Shown here one piece after another: positions 16,593-19,417 of a stretch of DNA of 19,417 nucleotides. Source of the stretch: Gammaproteobacteria bacterium. GTDB taxonomy: Bacteria; Pseudomonadota; Gammaproteobacteria; Thiohalomonadales; Thiohalomonadaceae. Both the position numbers and the translations under genes were made by a program. Numbering within the stretch: position 1 is the first letter of the stretch; every line of letters begins with the position of its first letter. The notes beneath the pieces were generated by a model that saw only the letters and a program-made list of their open reading frames with translations, made no database searches and was not told where the DNA came from. Location: NCBI GenBank assembly GCA_003252455.1, contig QKED01000030.1:1-19417 (forward strand). The letters are read 5' to 3'.

Positions 16593-17975
16593 CTAGGGGG
16601 TGTAGAGCTGCCGGGGTAGCCAGGTGGCCAACTCGGGCCAGAGCGCCAGGGCGCCGAGGGCCAGCAGCTGGATGAGGATGAAGGGGACCACGCCGCGATA
16701 GATCTGCAGCGTGGTCACCTCGGCCGGGGCCACGCCGCGCAGGTAGAAGAGCGCGAAGCCGAAGGGGGGGGTGAGGAACGAGGTCTGCAGGTTGATGGCG
16801 ATCATCACCCCGAGCCACACCGGGTCGAGCCCCATGGCCAGCAGGATCGGCGCGACGATGGGCACCACCACGAAGGTGATCTCGATAAAGTCGAGGATGA
16901 AGCCGAGCAGGAACATCACCCCCATCACCAACAGCATGGCACCAAAGGCGCCACCGGGTAGGTCGCTGAGCAGTCCCTCCACCAGCAGGTCGCCACCAAA
17001 GCCACGAAACACCAGGGAGAAGAGCGAGGCTCCGATGAAGATGAGGAACACCATGCTGGTGACGCGGGTGGTGGTGCGCATCACCTCCTGCAACACCGCC
17101 AGGGTCAGTTCACGGCGCCAGAGGGCGAGCAACATGGCGCCGCTGGCCCCGACCGATGCGGCCTCGGTCGGGGTGGCGAGCCCGGCGAGGATGGAGCCGA
17201 GCACGGCGAGGATCAGTAGCAGTGGCGGGGCGAGCACGGTGAGCACGTCGCGCCATAGGCTGCCCCGCCCCGCGCGCAGCTCGACCGGTTGTGGCGGCAT
17301 CGCCTGGGGCTTGAACCAGGCCACCAGGAGCAGCCAGGCGATATAGAGCAGTACCAACAACAGGCCGGGGAAGAGTGCACCAGCGAACAGGTCGCCCACC
17401 GAGAGGGGCTCGGGGGAGTAGTTGCCCATCTTCAGCTGCGCCTGCTGGTAGGCGGCAGAGAGTACGTCACCGAGCAGGATGAGGATGATGGAGGGGGGGA
17501 TGATCTGCCCCAGGGTACCGGAGGCGCAGATGGTGCCGCAGGCCAGGGCCGGGTCGTATCCGCGCTTGATCATGGTCGGCAACGAGAGCAGCCCCATGGT
17601 CACCACGGTGGCGCCGACGATGCCGGTACTCGCCGCCAACAGCATCCCCACCACCACCACCGAAATGCCGAGCCCACCACGCAGGCCACCGAACAGCGCC
17701 GCCATGGTGTCGAGCAGTGACTCGGCGACACGTGAGCGCTCCAACATCACCCCCATGAAGATGAACAGGGGCACGGCGAGCAGGGTCTCATTGGTCATCA
17801 CACCGAACAGGCGATTCGGGAGTGCGTGGAGCAGGGCGCCGTCGAACACCCCACCCGCCTCGCCAGCGAGGGCGAAGAGCAACGCGGTCCCCCCCAGGGA
17901 GAGGGCCACGGGGTAGCCGGCCAGGAGCACCAGGCCGACCATCAGGAACATCAGCAGGGGGAGCCACTCGCTCAT
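16593..17975 (-). CDS. dctM: TRAP transporter large permease subunit (DctM family)
   Basis: 460 aa polytopic membrane protein with typical DctM sequence (LLFALAGEAGGVFDGALLHALPNRLFGVMTNETLLAVPLFIFMGVMLE). Separated from dctQ by 1 nt. Confidence 0.9.
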   Translation of the reverse strand: MSEWLPLLMFLMVGLVLLAGYPVALSLGGTALLFALAGEAGGVFDGALLHALPNRLFGVMTNETLLAVPLFIFMGVMLERSRVAESLLDTMAALFGGLRGGLGISVVVVGMLLAASTGIVGATVVTMGLLSLPTMIKRGYDPALACGTICASGTLGQIIPPSIILILLGDVLSAAYQQAQLKMGNYSPEPLSVGDLFAGALFPGLLLVLLYIAWLLLVAWFKPQAMPPQPVELRAGRGSLWRDVLTVLAPPLLLILAVLGSILAGLATPTEAASVGASGAMLLALWRRELTLAVLQEVMRTTTRVTSMVFLIFIGASLFSLVFRGFGGDLLVEGLLSDLPGGAFGAMLLVMGVMFLLGFILDFIEITFVVVPIVAPILLAMGLDPVWLGVMIAINLQTSFLTPPFGFALFYLRGVAPAEVTTLQIYRGVVPFILIQLLALGALALWPELATWLPRQLYTP

Positions 17976-17976
17976 C

Positions 17977-18522
17977 TCACAGCTCCCGGTCCATCTCGTG
18001 CAGGGGGGCCGACTCCGGGTGGTTGCGCAGCACCTGCCACGCCCGGAGCGCCTGACTCACCCCTTGAGTGATCAACAGCACCCCCATCAACGGGATGACC
18101 CCCTTGAGCAGCCAGACCAGGGGCAGTCCACCGGTCTCGCGCGACCCCTCCAGCAGGGCCCAACTATTGGCCACATAGCCCCAGCTCACCCAGATGATGA
18201 AGAGTGCGAAGGGGATGAGCAGCAACAGGGTCCCGAGCAGGTCGACCAGGGCCTGCCCCTTGGGGCCGAGGCGGTTGTAGATGAGGTCCACGCGCACATG
18301 GCCATCGTGGCGCAGGGTATAGCCCATCGCCAGCATGAAGACGGCTGCATGCATGTAGATCACAGTTTCTTGCAGGGCGATGGAGCCGCTGTTGAATAAA
18401 TAGCGCAGCGCCACGATTAGCAGGGTAACGAGAACCATTCCTAGTGTTAACCAGGCGATGGTACGCCCGATCCACTCACTCACTGCATCCAGTCTGGAGG
18501 TCAACTTATCTAAGGAAAACAT
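17977..18522 (-). CDS. dctQ: TRAP transporter small permease subunit (DctQ family)
   Basis: 181 aa with 4 predicted TM helices (AWLTLGMVLVTLLIVALRYL...). Immediately upstream of dctM on the same strand. Confidence 0.85.
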   Translation of the reverse strand: MFSLDKLTSRLDAVSEWIGRTIAWLTLGMVLVTLLIVALRYLFNSGSIALQETVIYMHAAVFMLAMGYTLRHDGHVRVDLIYNRLGPKGQALVDLLGTLLLLIPFALFIIWVSWGYVANSWALLEGSRETGGLPLVWLLKGVIPLMGVLLITQGVSQALRAWQVLRNHPESAPLHEMDREL

Positions 18523-18764
18523 TATGCTAGCCGCCGACAGTCGTCTATTTTCATGATAACGGAGCAGCCTAGGCGACGACCCGCGAGCGGGCTAGAATCC
18601 TCTATTATCGGACCTAACACGTGACATATCTCACTGAAATTTTCCCAACTTTTCATCATTCGCTAGATAGCGTACGCAATCTATAGTAAATTACCTACAA
18701 AAATGAACTAAGCTTGAGCTGACCCAGACCCAAGCAACTCATCCTCCGAACCGAGCAACAGAGC

Positions 18765-19253
18765 ATGGCCAGATACAAAAACATTACCGAACCCGACCAA
18801 TGGGGTTACCAGGTACGCGTCGTGATCAACGGCACCGAACACAGCCGTTATTTCTCCCACCGTAAACACGGTGGTCGGCGTAAATCCCTCCGCGCAGCCG
18901 TCGAGTGGCGAGACGAGAAGCTCGCGCAGGCCGCCAAGGAGCGTACCCGTTTCCGTGGCCCCCAATCCAACAACCACAGCACCCGCGTGGCGGGCGTCTC
19001 GCGCGTGATCAAGAACGACAAGCGCAAGGGCACGCAGTACGTGGTCTATCAGGTCTTTTGGATGGAACGCGGCAAGCCGCGCAACAAGAGCTTCTCCGCC
19101 GGTCCGCTGAAAGAGGTGACCGCCGAGATGGAGGAGCACACCCTGAAGACGGCCATCCAGTTCCGCAGCGAGTACGAGCAGTCTGTGCTCGGGGGCAACA
19201 GCTTCCGCCCCAACCGCTACCGCAACTGGCGCAACGAGCGGATGTACGACTGA
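18765..19253 (+). CDS. Small basic protein with two AP2-like DNA-binding repeats (putative regulator)
   Basis: 162 aa. WGYQVRVVINGTEHSRYFSHRKHGGRRKSLRAAVEWRDEKLAQA loosely fits the AP2 consensus (GY.GV...G.W.A.I...G....LG.F.t.eeAa.A.D.a), and a second similar segment follows. Transcribed divergently from dctQ out of an AT-rich gap. The Shine-Dalgarno is weak. Confidence 0.4.
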   Translation: MARYKNITEPDQWGYQVRVVINGTEHSRYFSHRKHGGRRKSLRAAVEWRDEKLAQAAKERTRFRGPQSNNHSTRVAGVSRVIKNDKRKGTQYVVYQVFWMERGKPRNKSFSAGPLKEVTAEMEEHTLKTAIQFRSEYEQSVLGGNSFRPNRYRNWRNERMYD

Positions 19254-19290
19254 GGCACCAGCCTCTCCTCGACTTCGTGCACCGCAGATT

Positions 19291-19340
19291 CGACCGGGCC
19301 CCGCCCGGTCGAGGGCGCCCTGCCCTCCTCAATATTTATC
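19291..19340 (+). terminator. Tandem GC-rich hairpins followed by an AT-rich stretch (candidate intrinsic terminator)
   Basis: cgaccggg-ccccg-cccggtcg (8-bp stem) at 19291-19311 and gagggc-gccct-gccctc (6-bp stem) at 19311-19327. ctcaatatttatctg follows, about 40 nt after the stop. Confidence 0.35.
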
Positions 19341-19417
19341 TGTCTACCGCTCCCCGCGCCCCTTCGGCGTATCTCCCCTCGCCCTCTCTACCAGCTGAAG
19401 ATGCGCCACTGATTGAG

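Noticed and set aside
18848-19332. Minus-strand ORFs (61 and 107 aa, Arg/Cys-rich) overlapping the AP2-like gene and its 3' region
   Set aside because: They are antisense or off-frame with extreme composition, and have no ribosome-binding site.

Overview
The window has two compositionally distinct parts. Positions 1 to about 5290 are roughly 50% GC; the rest is roughly 65-70% GC, and the switch is abrupt. The lower-GC part carries a complete minus-strand type II CBASS operon: a patatin phospholipase (CapV-like), a DncV-like CD-NTase, an E2/E1 fusion (Cap2-like) and a JAB/MPN peptidase (Cap3-like). Downstream of the operon lies an iteron-like repeat array (two perfect 45-bp tandem units and four copies of a 19-bp sub-repeat at about 20-bp spacing), an AT-rich tract and a perfect 23-bp inverted repeat. 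An ORF of unknown function runs off the left edge. The high-GC part looks like native chromosome of a high-GC proteobacterium and consists of one long same-strand (minus) gene string. It begins with TRAP permeases dctQ-dctM, followed by a DegV-family protein. Next come a YqiJ/NfeD-like membrane protein and a YqiK/flotillin-like SPFH protein, then two tandem Uma2-family (DUF820) PD-(D/E)xK nuclease paralogs. A 1735-aa protein follows (N-terminal beta-rich region, about 800 aa of coiled coil, one MoxR/AAA_5-type ATPase module). The string ends with two tandem paralogous retropepsin-like (clan AA, DSGA/DTGA) aspartic proteases that sit at the island junction. A divergent plus-strand gene at the right edge encodes a small protein with two AP2-like repeats. 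The CBASS operon is a known system type. The flotillin/NfeD + 2x Uma2 + giant coiled-coil AAA+ + 2x retropepsin string is the best candidate for an undescribed functional module. The many long plus-strand ORFs in the high-GC region are antisense artefacts.
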